Source: Ministeria vibrans ATCC 50519
Lineage: Eukaryota; Protista; Filasterea
Assembly: GCA_943704425.1 (NCBI GenBank)
Contig: CALSCP010000307.1
Coordinates: 1-64,000 of the forward strand
Direction: 5' to 3'
Length of the DNA stretch: 64,000 nucleotides
Each line of letters begins with the position of its first letter. The first letter of the stretch is position 1. The position numbers and the translations under genes are program-made. Positions 1-12,416 of this stretch are shown here, piece by piece. Under the pieces are notes generated by a model that worked only from the letters and a program-made list of their open reading frames with translations, did not search any database and was not told the origin of the DNA.

Positions 1-348
1 GAAGAAGAAGAAGAAGAAGAAGAAGAAGAATAAGAATAATAATAATAATAATAATTAAGGAGAAGAAGAATACAACCCATTTATTAATGATACAGTCACC
101 ACGCGAAGACACAGCCAGACCGCCTTGCAAACTCGACCGAAACTCTAGAGGTAACATGGGAGAACAGTGGCAGGTCATAGTGCTGTGTCAATTAGAAGAA
201 GAAGAAGAATACAATTAGAAGAAGAAGAATACAACCCATTTAATAATGATACAGTCACCACGCGAAGAAGAAGAAGAAGAAGAAGAAGAAGAAGAAGAAG
301 AAGAAGAAGAAGAAGAATAATAATAATAATAAGAATAATAATAATAAC

Positions 349-380
<32 letters not shown>
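1..380. repeat. (GAA)n/(TAA)n microsatellite region with two copies of a short unique-sequence unit
   Basis: Runs of gaa and taa. The unit agaagaatacaacccattt...aatgatacagtcaccacgcgaaga occurs at ~61-108 and ~220-267. Confidence 0.9.
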
Positions 381-958
381 TAAAAATAATTTTAACCGGC
401 GTAAAAATCAACTCCGAAAATTGAATATCAAAAAAATTAAAAAAAAGCGTCGAGTGGAGCCGAGCAGCATCGACGATTGGTTACAGACGGCGATGACGAG
501 TGATAACATGTATTCCCATTGCACTGAGAAGACATGGTAGCACGCGGCACCGACATATGCAAACAATCGCCGCTACCAACCGATACCAGACAACAAATTT
601 TGCTTGGCTCAATGCGGTATTAATTCTTGCGGATTCTATTTATTGTATTTTTGACGCTCCTTACGTTTAGTTTGATCTGTTGTGAGTGTTGGGCGTTGGC
701 AGAATGGCAGTTCACTATGCAAATTGAAATAGCGGATATTTATTACTATTTCATAGAAGACTCCATCACGACTCCATTACTTCAAGTTTACATGTTCGAA
801 GAGATAAAGAGAATACAAATTTATACAATATTCAAAATGGCTGACTCCAAGAACACTGAAAATCGAGCACCGATAGGTCACTGATGGAATAAGTGAAGTG
901 AAAAATTTACGGTCTTCCTCAATTCTCAATTATTTTATTTTCAGTCTCCCTCATCATC

Positions 959-3910
959 ATGGCGATGGAGATGTCCGTGGACGACCTCAAGATGATTACG
1001 ATCGAGAGGATCCGTCGAGATTTGAAAACGCTTGAAGGCAAGTCGCTCATCACGTCGGAATCCTTTGACGCCATCGTCGCACTGCTCGAGAACTCGCTGG
1101 CGAGTTCCCACGAGCGCAAAGAAGACACGCCAGCAGTGTCCTCCAGCGACCCCAATGACACCCAAGCGCAGGCGCCAGAGGGCGAGGGCGACGCCAAAGC
1201 CAGTTCCCACAAAGCACCCCCCAAACCCAAACCAGCGCGCCCTGCGCCCCCTCGCGTCGCATCTGCCGCCACTCCACCCCCACCCAAAATCGAGCCAGTG
1301 ACAGTTGCTGGCCCCGCCTCGACGTCTCCTGAGGCAGCCGACGGGAAGGAGGAGGCGCCAGTCGAAGTTGCTCAACAGCCACCAAAGCCCGCTCGCGCAA
1401 AGCACTCGGCCGACTCTGCAGGTATGTTCTTGAGAAAGTCGAAGAGGCGTTTCCGTGGCGTCTCGTCTTCGCATTCCCAACCCTTTCGTATCGTTCATCT
1501 GTTCATCTTTTTTTTTTTTTTTTTTTTTTTTTTTGTTCGTCCAGTGATTGAGGCGCCTCCTCGTCGACGCAAGTCAAAGGACGGCCAGCAGGTGACTGAG
1601 ACGCAAGCCTCCAACGATGAGGCGACACGCGGCACGACAGAGAAGGCACCGGTGAAGCGTGCGCGCGCTCTCTACGTCTTTCCCGCCCCGGAAGATGATG
1701 ACTTGGCCTTCGCCGCTGACGACGAGATAGTCATCGTGCAGGTCATCGACAACGACTGGTGCGTTGGCGAACTCGACGGTCGCCGTGGGCTGGTTCCTAC
1801 TGACTACATCGAGTTCATCCTTGACGAGGTGCCTGATGGCGACAAGCCTGTGGCCGTAGCTCACGCCGACGAGTTTGACGACTTTGACGCTGATTTCAAC
1901 ATGCCCACGCCTATTCTCTCTACGCCCGCGGTGTTGGCGGAAAGCGACGCCGACTCCGAGGTGTTGTCCACCAAAAGCTCGCCGAGTGATTCATCCGCCG
2001 ACAACACAGACACAATGGTCAAGCCCAAGTCTGTTGCACTTCCTGCCAAACCCAAAGCTCCACGTCCACCTCCGCCTACCTCCGTGTCGCGTTCGCATCA
2101 GACGATCTCGATGAGTCTGCCTGACGCGACTTCGGATGAGTCTCACGTCACAGCCACAACTCCTCACCGTCCTCCCGCGATTGCCAAGCCGCCCCGCGCC
2201 GATTCTTCCGCCGCCACTCACAACACTGCCGCTGGTACTGGTACGATTGCTGTTGCTCCCAAGGCCAACCCCTCCGGTCCACCTGCTCGCCCAAAACCCT
2301 CGCGCCCACCACCATCCACAACATCCTCAACGAAGACACACCACCCCGAGGCTAGCGAGGCACTAGCCGAAACAGTCGCGGCGAACACCAGCCCCGACGC
2401 TCTCACCGCGGAGCGACCATCGCCGTCGCCATCACCACCGCCAACAACAACAACAACGACAACGGCAACGAAAACGCCGACGACATCAACAACTCTGGAT
2501 GAGGCCGATCACATTGTCGTCGTGGATCCCCCCAAACCCAAACCAGCACGACCTCCTCCCGCCCTCAACAAAGGCACCCCTCCTCCCCGCCCAAAGCCCC
2601 AAAGACCCACACACACAGCGCCAATTGTCATCAGTGCCGCATCAAGCAGCGCAACATCTCTCGATGACACTCCGGCAACAGCTGTTGCACCATTGCGCCC
2701 CAAACCGCAGAGACCCACGCCCAAATTTGTCGTGGATGACTCCCTTGCCGACTCTGCTGCGCCCACCGCACGCCCCAAGCCACAACGGCCCAGCACGACG
2801 CCAGTTGACCATTGTGGTGTCTCCGAGTCTCGAACGTCTGGTCCCGAACTTTCGTCCTCCTCCCCAGATGGTCACGCTGCGTCAGTCACCCAACGACCGC
2901 GACCGGGCCCTCCTCCTTCGAAACCCGCTGCTCTTGCCGCTCGTCCCAAACCTCCGCGTCCCTCTGCAAGCCATGGGGCGTCGTCCGCTCCTGTTCCCAA
3001 GCCTGCACGACCCGCTGCCGCCCCTGTTCCGGCGAGTGGTGGTGCGTCGTCGCGACCTCGGCCCCCTCGTCCGGGTGCCCCTGCGTCGCTTCAGCCTCCT
3101 ACTCGCTCGCACCCGTCCAGTGGACAATCCTCCCCGGGCAGCCGCAGTGGTCGCACGACGCCCGAGCCTGTCGTGGGCACACTGGTCGCGTCTGCGAGCA
3201 AACATACGTTGCCCGACGATGGCCCCGTTGCCGAGTCGACAATGGCACCTCCACCGAGCGTATCGGGCACGATCGCCGGTTGGGAGGGACACTGTCGCAC
3301 CGTCATTGTTGCCAATGTTTTCACTAAGACAAGCACGTACGAGGTGGTCTTTGAAGATGATTCGCGTGCGACTCTGACTCGTGTTGACACCGTCAACAAA
3401 CTTACGGGCAAGCGTACTCGCCCGTCTACGCTCGAAGAACAACGTATCCCTGCACCACCTTCTCTTGACGATGATCAGCTGCAAGAGTGCGCTCGCCTTC
3501 TCAATCCTCAAGTGGTTGCGTTTTGTGAGGCGCACCGGGGTCAGGTGGTGGGCGACGGCGAGTGCGCCACACTTGCGGCCGAGGCATTGTTGGCCACTCC
3601 ACGCGCCCGTCCCGCCCGTGGCTACAACTGGGGCCAGGAAATTGCTGCTGAACTCGTGGTTGCCGGTGACATTATTCAATTTGAAGACTGCTCCTTTGAG
3701 CATCACGAGCGCGGTGTACACTCCTTTGCCAATGCACCTCATCACACGGCTGTGGCCATTTCCTCCGTCGACAATAACAACAACGGTGCGATTCACGTTC
3801 TTGAGTGCAACACCAACGGCGACCGCTCTGTGCACGCTGGAGTGTACCATTTGCAAGATCGCGTCAAAGGCACCCTCCAGTTCTTTCGACCACTTTTTGA
3901 TCGCAAGTAA
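959..3910 (+). CDS. Bbc1/Mti1-like protein: SH3 domain, long proline-rich region, C-terminal cysteine-proteinase (CHAP-like) fold. One in-frame intron at 1422-1544.
   Basis: SH3 motif ARALYVF...DDLAF...DNDWCVGELDGRRGLVPTDYIE. Repeated PKPxRP motifs. C-terminal VGDGECATLA...GDIIQF...HHTAV...VLECN...FFRP resembles the Bbc1/Aim3 C-terminal domain. The GT..AG polyT intron is 123 nt. Confidence 0.75.
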   Translation: MAMEMSVDDLKMITIERIRRDLKTLEGKSLITSESFDAIVALLENSLASSHERKEDTPAVSSSDPNDTQAQAPEGEGDAKASSHKAPPKPKPARPAPPRVASAATPPPPKIEPVTVAGPASTSPEAADGKEEAPVEVAQQPPKPARAKHSADSAGMFLRKSKRRFRGVSSSHSQPFRIVHLFIFFFFFFFFFVRPVIEAPPRRRKSKDGQQVTETQASNDEATRGTTEKAPVKRARALYVFPAPEDDDLAFAADDEIVIVQVIDNDWCVGELDGRRGLVPTDYIEFILDEVPDGDKPVAVAHADEFDDFDADFNMPTPILSTPAVLAESDADSEVLSTKSSPSDSSADNTDTMVKPKSVALPAKPKAPRPPPPTSVSRSHQTISMSLPDATSDESHVTATTPHRPPAIAKPPRADSSAATHNTAAGTGTIAVAPKANPSGPPARPKPSRPPPSTTSSTKTHHPEASEALAETVAANTSPDALTAERPSPSPSPPPTTTTTTTATKTPTTSTTLDEADHIVVVDPPKPKPARPPPALNKGTPPPRPKPQRPTHTAPIVISAASSSATSLDDTPATAVAPLRPKPQRPTPKFVVDDSLADSAAPTARPKPQRPSTTPVDHCGVSESRTSGPELSSSSPDGHAASVTQRPRPGPPPSKPAALAARPKPPRPSASHGASSAPVPKPARPAAAPVPASGGASSRPRPPRPGAPASLQPPTRSHPSSGQSSPGSRSGRTTPEPVVGTLVASASKHTLPDDGPVAESTMAPPPSVSGTIAGWEGHCRTVIVANVFTKTSTYEVVFEDDSRATLTRVDTVNKLTGKRTRPSTLEEQRIPAPPSLDDDQLQECARLLNPQVVAFCEAHRGQVVGDGECATLAAEALLATPRARPARGYNWGQEIAAELVVAGDIIQFEDCSFEHHERGVHSFANAPHHTAVAISSVDNNNNGAIHVLECNTNGDRSVHAGVYHLQDRVKGTLQFFRPLFDRK

Positions 3911-3923
3911 AATAATTTTATTG

Positions 3924-3955
3924 ACTCTCTCTCTCTCTCTATCACTTTGTTTCTT

Positions 3956-4005
<50 letters not shown>

Positions 4006-4016
4006 CTTTGTTTCTT

Positions 4017-4048
<32 letters not shown>
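3924..4048. repeat. (CT)n microsatellite with duplicated atcactttgtttctttctcc spacer
   Basis: Seen directly in the sequence. Confidence 0.9.
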
Positions 4049-4302
4049 ACCTCATCCTGCCGTCAAATACCTTCTTCTGTAATGTACTTAATTAAAGAAC
4101 CTCCTTCTCTTTCGCCAAGTTGAATAGTGACTGAGAAAAAAAATTAATTAGGAAAATAAATGAGCTGTACTCAATAAAATAATAATAATAATACTAATAA
4201 TAATAAAGAGACTACTGTGTTATCTGTTGAAATTAGAAAACTGAAAAACTTATAAAACTTTTTTTCTCTCGTTTATTTTGCAAGCCACAACCTCTTGTAG
4301 CA

Positions 4303-7300
4303 ATGGGAGGGCGCGGATCGAGACCGATCAGTTTCGAGGATGCGCAACGTCGAGGTGAGTCGGGCTGTGTGTTGACGTTTCGCTGCACCCCGCCCCACCT
4401 CCCCCGCCCCACTCTCCTTCATTCGGCACCCTCTCTCTCCTCCCATTGTGCGGTGTATGTCTGTCTGTCAGCTCACAAGACGAAGATGACGTTTGATGTC
4501 AATGGAATTCTTTTCGTCCCGATATTCACATCGCAATGCATCTTCTGCTCGTCTCGCTGCTGCTCTCATCTCTCTCTCTCTCTCTCTCTTTCTGACACAC
4601 TTTGTCTCTGCTTCAACGCCGCTCCTCGTGCCGCTCACGTCCGCCTTCTTTTTTCAGTTGCACCCGAGGAACTCGCCAAGATTCGTCAGGCGTTCCATCG
4701 TCTCAGCAGCAACGCAGGCGCCGGGCCCATCAGCAAGCAAGTGTTTCTCGCCGAGGTCCTTGGCGACAGTGTGCCGCCCGTGCTTGCCGAACGGCTCTAC
4801 CATGTGCTTGGTGGCAGTGCGTCCAAAGGCATGTCCTTCAAGGACTTCTTGTGCGGCCGAGCCATCTTCAATACCGCAACGGCCGACGAGCGCTTGCGTG
4901 TCGTCTTTGACGTGTACGATCTCGAAGGCTCCGGCGTCCTCGATGGTCACAGTGTCCAGCAGACAGTCGCTGCCGAACAGTGTCACGTCGAGCAGCTTCG
5001 CCCTTTGAGTGAATGGCTACGCAAGTGCCCTTCCCCAAACTACGAGGCCTTTCGCGCTTGGGCTCACGAACACCACACCGCGACACGCCTCATCTCGTGG
5101 GCATTTGATACGCGTTTTGTTGCACCTATCGGCCTGGGTCCACCTGGCACCGCTTCCGTTGCACCCATCACTATGGGTGACGATATTGATGATGATTTTG
5201 CCGACAATGGTTCCGACAATGCCCACGTCGCACGCTCCTCTGCCTCATCTGCCCTCTCTGCATCGTCGTCGTCTCTCAATGCGCTCGTTATTGAGACGCA
5301 GCACGAGGCACTCTGTTCTTCGACTCGTTTCAGCTCAGCCGCGGTGCGTGCACTCGAACAGAAATACTTTGAGCTGTCGCTGCATGCCGGCCGCGTTGGG
5401 CGCCTCACCCGTGCCGTGGTGCGCGACCTCATGGAACCGCCGCTCTCGGCGACTCTTATTAATTGCATTTTTGATGTGCTTGATATCGAGTCGCTAGGCT
5501 CGCTGTCGTTTGTCGACCTTGTTTGTGGTCTCTCGACGTTTGCGCAGGGCACACATGACGACAAACTCGCCTTCACTTTCAACCTTTTCGACGCCAAAGG
5601 CGATCAGCGTTTGAGTCGTGCCGAACTACGGACGCTTCTCGAATCGCTGTGGGATCTGGACGACACCACCAAAAATTCCGATGATGACAAGGAGTCAACG
5701 GCGACCGCCGAGTCGTGTGTGGTCGATGCGTTTGCAGAGTTCGACTCGCACTCGACAGGCTACCTCAATCGCGACCAGTTCCTCCAATGGGCACGCTCCC
5801 AACCTCGTGTTGCCTCCGCTCTGCGCACCGTCTGGCTTGTTGCACACGCCAGTCTTGGTTTACACCCGGCCAGCCGCGCAGACGAAGGCGACGTTGTGCG
5901 TCGGTGGCTGAACGATGGCACAAGGCATGAGCCACCGCGACGCGAACATTGGTACATTGTGAACCGCGACTGGTGGCATCGCTGGTGCGTCTTTGTCAAT
6001 TTTGACGACTCCAACACACAGGCGGCGGCGGCGATCCAGCAGCCACCAGGACCGATCACCAATGAACAAATCTGCCAGGTTGTGCGCACCACCGGCACCG
6101 TTAACGTGGGCGTGCCGACCGCCCAGGGCATTTGCTACTCCATGTTTGGCCCGACGCTCCGTTCGAATCTCACGCTCGACGTTGATGTAGTTGCCGTGCC
6201 GCCTCGCGTCTGGAAGGCACTCAGCTCGTGGTACGGTGGCGGTCCAGTGGTGCCGCGCCCTTTGCTTGCACCCTGTCCACGACAAGACGTGTCTCGCGCA
6301 GTACCACCGGTAGACTTGTATCCACCTACAGTGGCCGTGTTCGTTGCACCGGTGGCTCGCGCGCCCGCTTTTTTGCTCGTTGTCGATCGTGGCATCACCG
6401 TCACACATCTGCTCGAATACATTTTGGCCAAACACCGGCGCGAAGTTGCACCTGCTCGTGTTGGTGTGCTCACCGCCGCTGACGATGTGCGTCTCTGGCT
6501 CTTACCTGGACCTGTCGGCCATGTTGTTGGCACCCAGGATCGCCCCGGCAACTTGCTTGCACCCTCTGCGAGCCTGTCAGCGTCAGGAATTGACGACAAT
6601 GCGCGCGTGTACGTCGAAGTTCGCTCGCACTCGGGGGCCTGGCCGACAAGCATTGTCGATCTGTCGTCATCGTCCTCGTCGTCGTCGCCCTCTGCCCTTG
6701 CCATGCCGTCTTCTACTCCCGCCTCCACTGCTGCTGCAACACCATCTACGATTGTTTCTACGACCAGAGCACCTGCGGTCACCCCTGGCTGCACGGGCCT
6801 TGCCAATCTCGGCAACACTTGTTTTCTCAACTCGGCCGTCCAGTCCATTTGCCATGCGCCTCCTTTTGTCACCTACTTTCGTCGCCAATTGCACAGCTAC
6901 GAGTACAACCTGAACAATCCGATGGGCATGAACGGTCACATTGCTATGGAGTTTGGCGAGCTCTGCAATTCGCTCTGGAGTGGCAGCCAGGTGTGCGTCA
7001 CGCCTGCTCGCATGCGCAGCACCATCATTCGCTACGCCTCACAGTTTGCTGGCACCGAGCAGCACGATCCTCAGGAGCTCATGTCTTTCCTGCTTGACGG
7101 CCTCCACGAAGATCTCAACCGTGTGACGGTCAAGCCGTACAAGGAGCTTGCCGACTCGGACGGGCGCCCCGACGATCAGGTCGCCGCAGAGTGGTGGGAG
7201 AACCACACGGCACGCAACCGCTCTATTGTAGTCGACTGTTTCCATGGTCAGTTGCGCTCACGCGTACGCTGCAACGAGTGTGATTTTGAAAACGTCACGT

Positions 7301-9553
7301 TTGACCCGTTCACCTTCTTGACGTTGCCCCTCCCTGTTGATCTCGACGTTTTTCTTGAGGCTGTCATTGTGCACTTGCCCGACGACAACACGCGTCCCGT
7401 GCCCATGCGCTACAGTGTACGCTGTGCCTTTCGCGACACTTACGCTCAGTTTTGTGAATCGCTTGCTAAACTCTGCGACCTTTCCGCCTCACACTTGCTC
7501 GTCGCCGAGGTGTCTAGTGCTCGCGTCTTCCGCTACATTTCTCTCGATCGTACTGTCCAGCCCACCTTTGGCTCGCCTTTGTACGTGTACCAATTGCCCT
7601 CGGTTGCTGCCGCTCCTGCGACGGCGGCCTCGGCTGCAACCCAAACCGCTTCTGTGCCTCCCACCGAGCCTGTTCCGGCGGCGGTCAACTGTTCTGTCAT
7701 TGCCCAGCAGCCTACTGGGCAAAAGAGCGATCCAGCCGCGGCTATGACGCCGCCATTGCCTGGCGGCGGCGAGAGTGGTGACAACGGTGGGGCGCCCACT
7801 GCCGCCTCCGACTTGTTCGTGACGGTGCCTCGCAAAGGCAACAAGGGACTTTTGCACAACGTGACACACCTATTCAAGTCATCCGCATCGTCCACGGCAA
7901 CCGCCAATAACACCATCACCAACTCTGCTACTGCTCCGAAAGGCGTTGGCTCCACGTCTACCATCATGCAGGGCCATCCACGTATGCCTCGTGCCCCCGT
8001 CAGCGACACAATCACATGTGTTCATCGTACAGTGTCACGTCAGCCGGCACACTATCTCCATCCTGTACACACCATTCTGTTTGGCCTTCCTATTGTGCTT
8101 CACGTCGGCTCATTGCGCACTCCCGCCGATCTCTACGTCGCAGTCTGGAGCTACGTGCGACGCTTTGTGCGCCCACCCATGCGCACCTCCCCTTCAATGC
8201 CCGACACACATCCTTTTCCTTCCGATGCCTCTGCCTCTGTTCTTACGCAAGTTTACTCCGCCGAGCGACCCCCGTTCATTCTTCGCCTTGTCGACGCAAC
8301 AGGTTCAAATCAAATAACCGGGTTTTATTATTATTATTTTATAATTAATAATAATAATACGTCATCTTTTTATTATACTCAGGTCATCGGTGTGCGGTGT
8401 GCAGCTGGGAACGACGCTGCAATGGATGTGGGTTGTCAGCCCAGGACACAACAAGCGCTCTGAAGCTGACAAGTGGCTTTATTGCAATTGACTGGCACAC
8501 TCGCGCATTCCACCTGCGCTACTCGAGTGCCCTTGAGAAGGTAGTCAGTTACTTTTCTCTGGGTTTCTTCTCTTCTTTTCCTCTCACCCACCTTGTTTTT
8601 TTTTTGCTTCCCGCTTTTGTGTGTTTGTTTCTTTTTTTTTCTTCTTATTTGTAGCACACTGTCGATCATGAGCTGGTGGCGATACATCTGAAGGAACAGG
8701 GTGAAGCTATCACACTGAATCAGTGCCTCGATGCGTAAGCGTCTGTTTATTCGTCTGATTTATATATGGTGTGTGCGCGCGTGTGCATTCTGACTCATGC
8801 GAGGATAGGTTCATGAAGGACGAGCAGTTGGGCGAGGACGAAGTGTGGCGCTGTCCCAAATGCGCGGACTTTCGTCGCCCCTTCAAGCAAATGACTCTTT
8901 GGAAACTCCCACCTGTGCTCATCATCCAACTCAAACGGTCGGAACGTGCCACGAGCACTAATATTTTTCATGCGATCCAGTTGCTCAAGTACTGTCTCTG
9001 TAGATTTCAATTGGTACATGGTCGATGGGTTAAGGCGCAAAAGAAGATTGCTTTTCCGTCGACGGGACTTGCTCTGGCACATGGCAATGCCGCAGAGAGC
9101 ACCGAGACGGTGTATGACTTGTCTAGTGTGGTGCATCACACCGGTACGCGGCTTATGCAATGTTTGTTATGCAACGCTGCGCTTACAGCCGCCTTTCATT
9201 TGTGTCGAGTAGGAATTATGGGTGGTGGACATTGCACGACGCAGGCGCGTGTGGACGGCGACTGGAAGATGTTTAACGACTCTCGCGTGATGGACTGCGA
9301 TCCGCCAGGCCTGACTCCCGCCCAGCTTGCACGTCTGAGTTTCGATGGCAATGCAACGCTAACTGACTCGTCGGATTCGACCGAGAGCCTGAGTGCTCTG
9401 GCATCGTCGGCCGCCTACGTGCTGTGCTACACTGCACACGCGGCCGACATCGATGCGCTCATGCCCGTTCTGGACGACACTGCGGAGGTCCGCAAGGTTC
9501 CGACGTCCGATGGTCGGCGCTCTGCGAACAACTCAAACTGTGTTGTACAATAG
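4303..9553 (+). CDS. USP32: Ubiquitin carboxyl-terminal hydrolase 32-like (EF-hands, DUSP, USP catalytic domain), multi-exon
   Basis: N-terminal MGGRGS (myristoylation-like). EF-hands YDLEGSGVLD and FDAKGDQRLS. DUSP motif WYIVNRDWW...PGPITN...WYGGGP. Cys box GLANLGNTCFLNS, QHDPQE and His box HHTG|IMGGGH. C-terminal CVVQ CaaX. First intron 4355-4657. Confidence 0.9.
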
Positions 9554-9658
9554 ACACACCACTTGCACGCGTATAACATCACAGACAATGCAATAGGCGC
9601 ACTTTTTCCGATTTACATTGGGCAGTCTTTCATTGTCATTTTGCTTCTGTTCCCTTCC

Positions 9659-11696
9659 TCAAATGCTCATTTCGGCCTTGATCGCCTTGACAAATTCGGC
9701 AGTGGTCGCCTTGCCGCCCAAGTCCTTGGTGAGAACCTACAAAGCGAAACAGAAGAATGTGTGAGAGAATGAGAAATAGAGCGGAGAAAGAGAGTGGAGA
9801 AAGAGAGTTGAGAAAGAGTGGAGAAGAAAAAGAAAGAGAGTGGAGAAGAAAAAGAAAGAGAGTGGAGAAAGAGAGTGAAGAAAGAAAGAGAGTGGAGAAA
9901 GAGAGTGGAGAAAGAGAGTGAAGAAAGAAAGAGAGTGGAGAAAGAGAGTTGAGAAAGAGTGGAGAAGAAAAGAAAGAGAGTGGAGAAGAAAAAGAAAGAG
10001 AGTGGAGAAAGAGAGTGAAGAAAGAAAGAGAGTGGAGAAAGAGAGTTGAGAAAGAGTGGAGAAGAAAAAGAAAGAGAGTGGAGAAAGAGAGCGCTTAGAC
10101 GTACGTTTCCGTTCTTGATGACTCTCTTGAGGGCAAACACAATGTTGTCGGCGTGGGTGCTGAGGTTGAGGTGGCGCAGCATGAGCGTACTGCAGAAGAT
10201 GGTTGCCGTTGGGTTGGCAATGCCCTGTCCCTTAATGTCCTGTCCCGAATGACGTGTGCCCGGCTCAAACAGTGCCTGGGGAGGCCAACGAGAGAAAACA
10301 GTGAGAAGAAGAATGAAAACGGAACCAAAGTCAACAAGACGACGTACCGCATCGCGTCCCATGTTCACGCCCGGCACCACGCCCGGCCCGCCAATGAGAC
10401 CCGCCCCAATGTTGCCAATGATGTTTCCGTACAGGTTGGGCGTTACAAGCACATCAAACTGCTGCGGACGCGACACCATTTGCATCGACGCATTGTCGAC
10501 GATCATCGAGTCGTACGCGATGTGCGGGTAGAACTCGCTGACGCGCTTGCACGCCGAAAGAAACTCTCCATCCGCTAGTTTCCTGTGAATCCCAACAGTG
10601 TGCGTATGAGTGATTCAGAAACGGACAAAGCAGAGCGGAGGTACGCGGAAAAGTCAAAGTTAACAACAAAAAGAGTGTGAGAGAGTAGTGTGACGGCAAT
10701 AGAATCAAAACAACGTTTGAATAGAGACTCAGACAATTGGTGAGAGGGAGAGAGAGTCTGACAACAAAATTGAATCAAAATAGAGTCAGATATAAGAGGG
10801 CACAATTAAATCAAAAGGACCGTTAAATTATATCAAAAAGAGAGATAGAGCAAATGAAACAAAAATATATAATTATAGTCAAACAAAAAGTAAAGGACAA
10901 TCAAATAGCTTAGAAATAAAATACAAGTCCTTACATGATGTTTGCCTTGTGCACCGCCGTAACCTTCTTACGGTTGTTGAGATGGGCATAGTCAAAAGCA
11001 AACTTGGCAATGCGCTCTGAGCTCTCTCTTGTGATCACTTTGAGAGCTTCCACAATGCCAGGCACACTCTATCAACCGGCGACGTTCACTTCACTCGCTT
11101 CCTTTCTGTTTCCCTTCCGCATTACCTCATGTTCGAGACCACTGTACTCACCCTCGGAGTTTTCGCGAATGACAACCAGGTCCACGTTGCGATGGCGCGT
11201 CTGGATGGGCAGCGACCGGCACTTGAGCACACTGGCAAACAGTCCCAGCGCCTGACGGATCTCAAGGTTGGCCGACAACCTACACGTCGATTCACTTCAA
11301 TGAGTACACTTCGCCACACACCAGCGCACACCCTACCGACTTCCAGCGCCAATGGGAGTGTGGATTTTGCCTGGAAACACAAAACAGGTCAGAAGGAATG
11401 AAGAAAAACGAGCAAGAATGGGTCGGGCGGCGTCGTTCGCATTGCGGGCGCGCCACATTCTTCCGCCAGCACACGCACAGCAACGCAGCGGACGGCGTGC
11501 GCGCAGTGCAGTGGGGGGGCGTTGCGCGGGCGGTACCTTTGATGCCGACACGGTTTCGCTTCATCGACAGAATCGCATCATTCAGCTGGTACTCAAAGTT
11601 GGCCGCGTCGGATCGCACATCAATGCGATCAAAGCGAACAGGGGAACGCGCTACGAAGAGCAGCAGATGTACAAGAAGATTCAGTGTGAGAGAAGT

Positions 11697-11742
<46 letters not shown>

Positions 11743-12000
11743 AAAGGAAAGAGAGTTTTGTCTTTGGGTTGCAATGCAATACCGTGTTCGTGGATGTCGC
11801 TGACGACGTCCATAAGCTCGTCGCCAACACCATCGCCGGGGATCATCGTCACGGTGTACACCCCGCCATACGCAGTGGGGCTGGTCGTCTACAGCGCACA
11901 GCGCGTCAGGGGCGTGCGCGCGAGCATTCACTCCTACCGATGTGCTTGACATGGCCCGGCTCACGGCCGGCCCAATCCTTCGAACTGATCGGCTCAACAT
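9659..12000 (-). CDS. Mitochondrial NAD-dependent isocitrate dehydrogenase non-catalytic subunit (IDH3 gamma/beta, yeast IDH1-like), multi-exon
   Basis: Transit peptide [10 protein letters not shown]. Motifs [72 protein letters not shown] and [10 protein letters not shown]. Confidence 0.92.
9770..10092. repeat. Intronic purine-rich minisatellite (gagaaagagagtg-type units)
   Basis: Tandem degenerate units in the last IDH3 intron. Confidence 0.85.
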
Positions 12001-12340
12001 TGTTATTCTTAAAAAAATGTTTAAAAGAATAATAATGATTAATTTTGTCCAATTTATTCACTTTTGTTGGTTTTATACAGTTTCAACTTCAGCAACGCCA
12101 ATACCTGTGTCTTCGCGTGGTGATGGCATCATAATTCATTAATAATAAATGGCCAAATGGGTTGTATTCTTCTTCTTCTTCTTATAAATGGGTTGTATTC
12201 TTCTTATTAATACTAATTATGAAGTTTCAAAATATTTCAATTGTTTGGGCTCTTCATCATGCAATTTGTTCGTTCTTCTGAAACCCTTCCGACATCCCAA
12301 CAATTATCATAAAAAAACTCCAAACTTAATAATAATAATA

Positions 12341-12373
<33 letters not shown>

Positions 12374-12416
12374 ATTGGTTGTCTTTTCTGTGTACAAAAA
12401 TAAGAAAAAAACCGGA

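Noticed and set aside
167-424. Poly-Arg/Ile ORFs
   Set aside because: These are translations of GAA/TAA microsatellites.
430-900. Short ORFs upstream of the SH3 gene (e.g. 627-884)
   Set aside because: AT-rich with no recognisable motif, so a gene call is not supported.
2499-4082. Long overlapping and antisense ORFs over GC-rich exons (here and throughout the window)
   Set aside because: Shadow ORFs expected from GC-rich codon usage, with no independent motifs.
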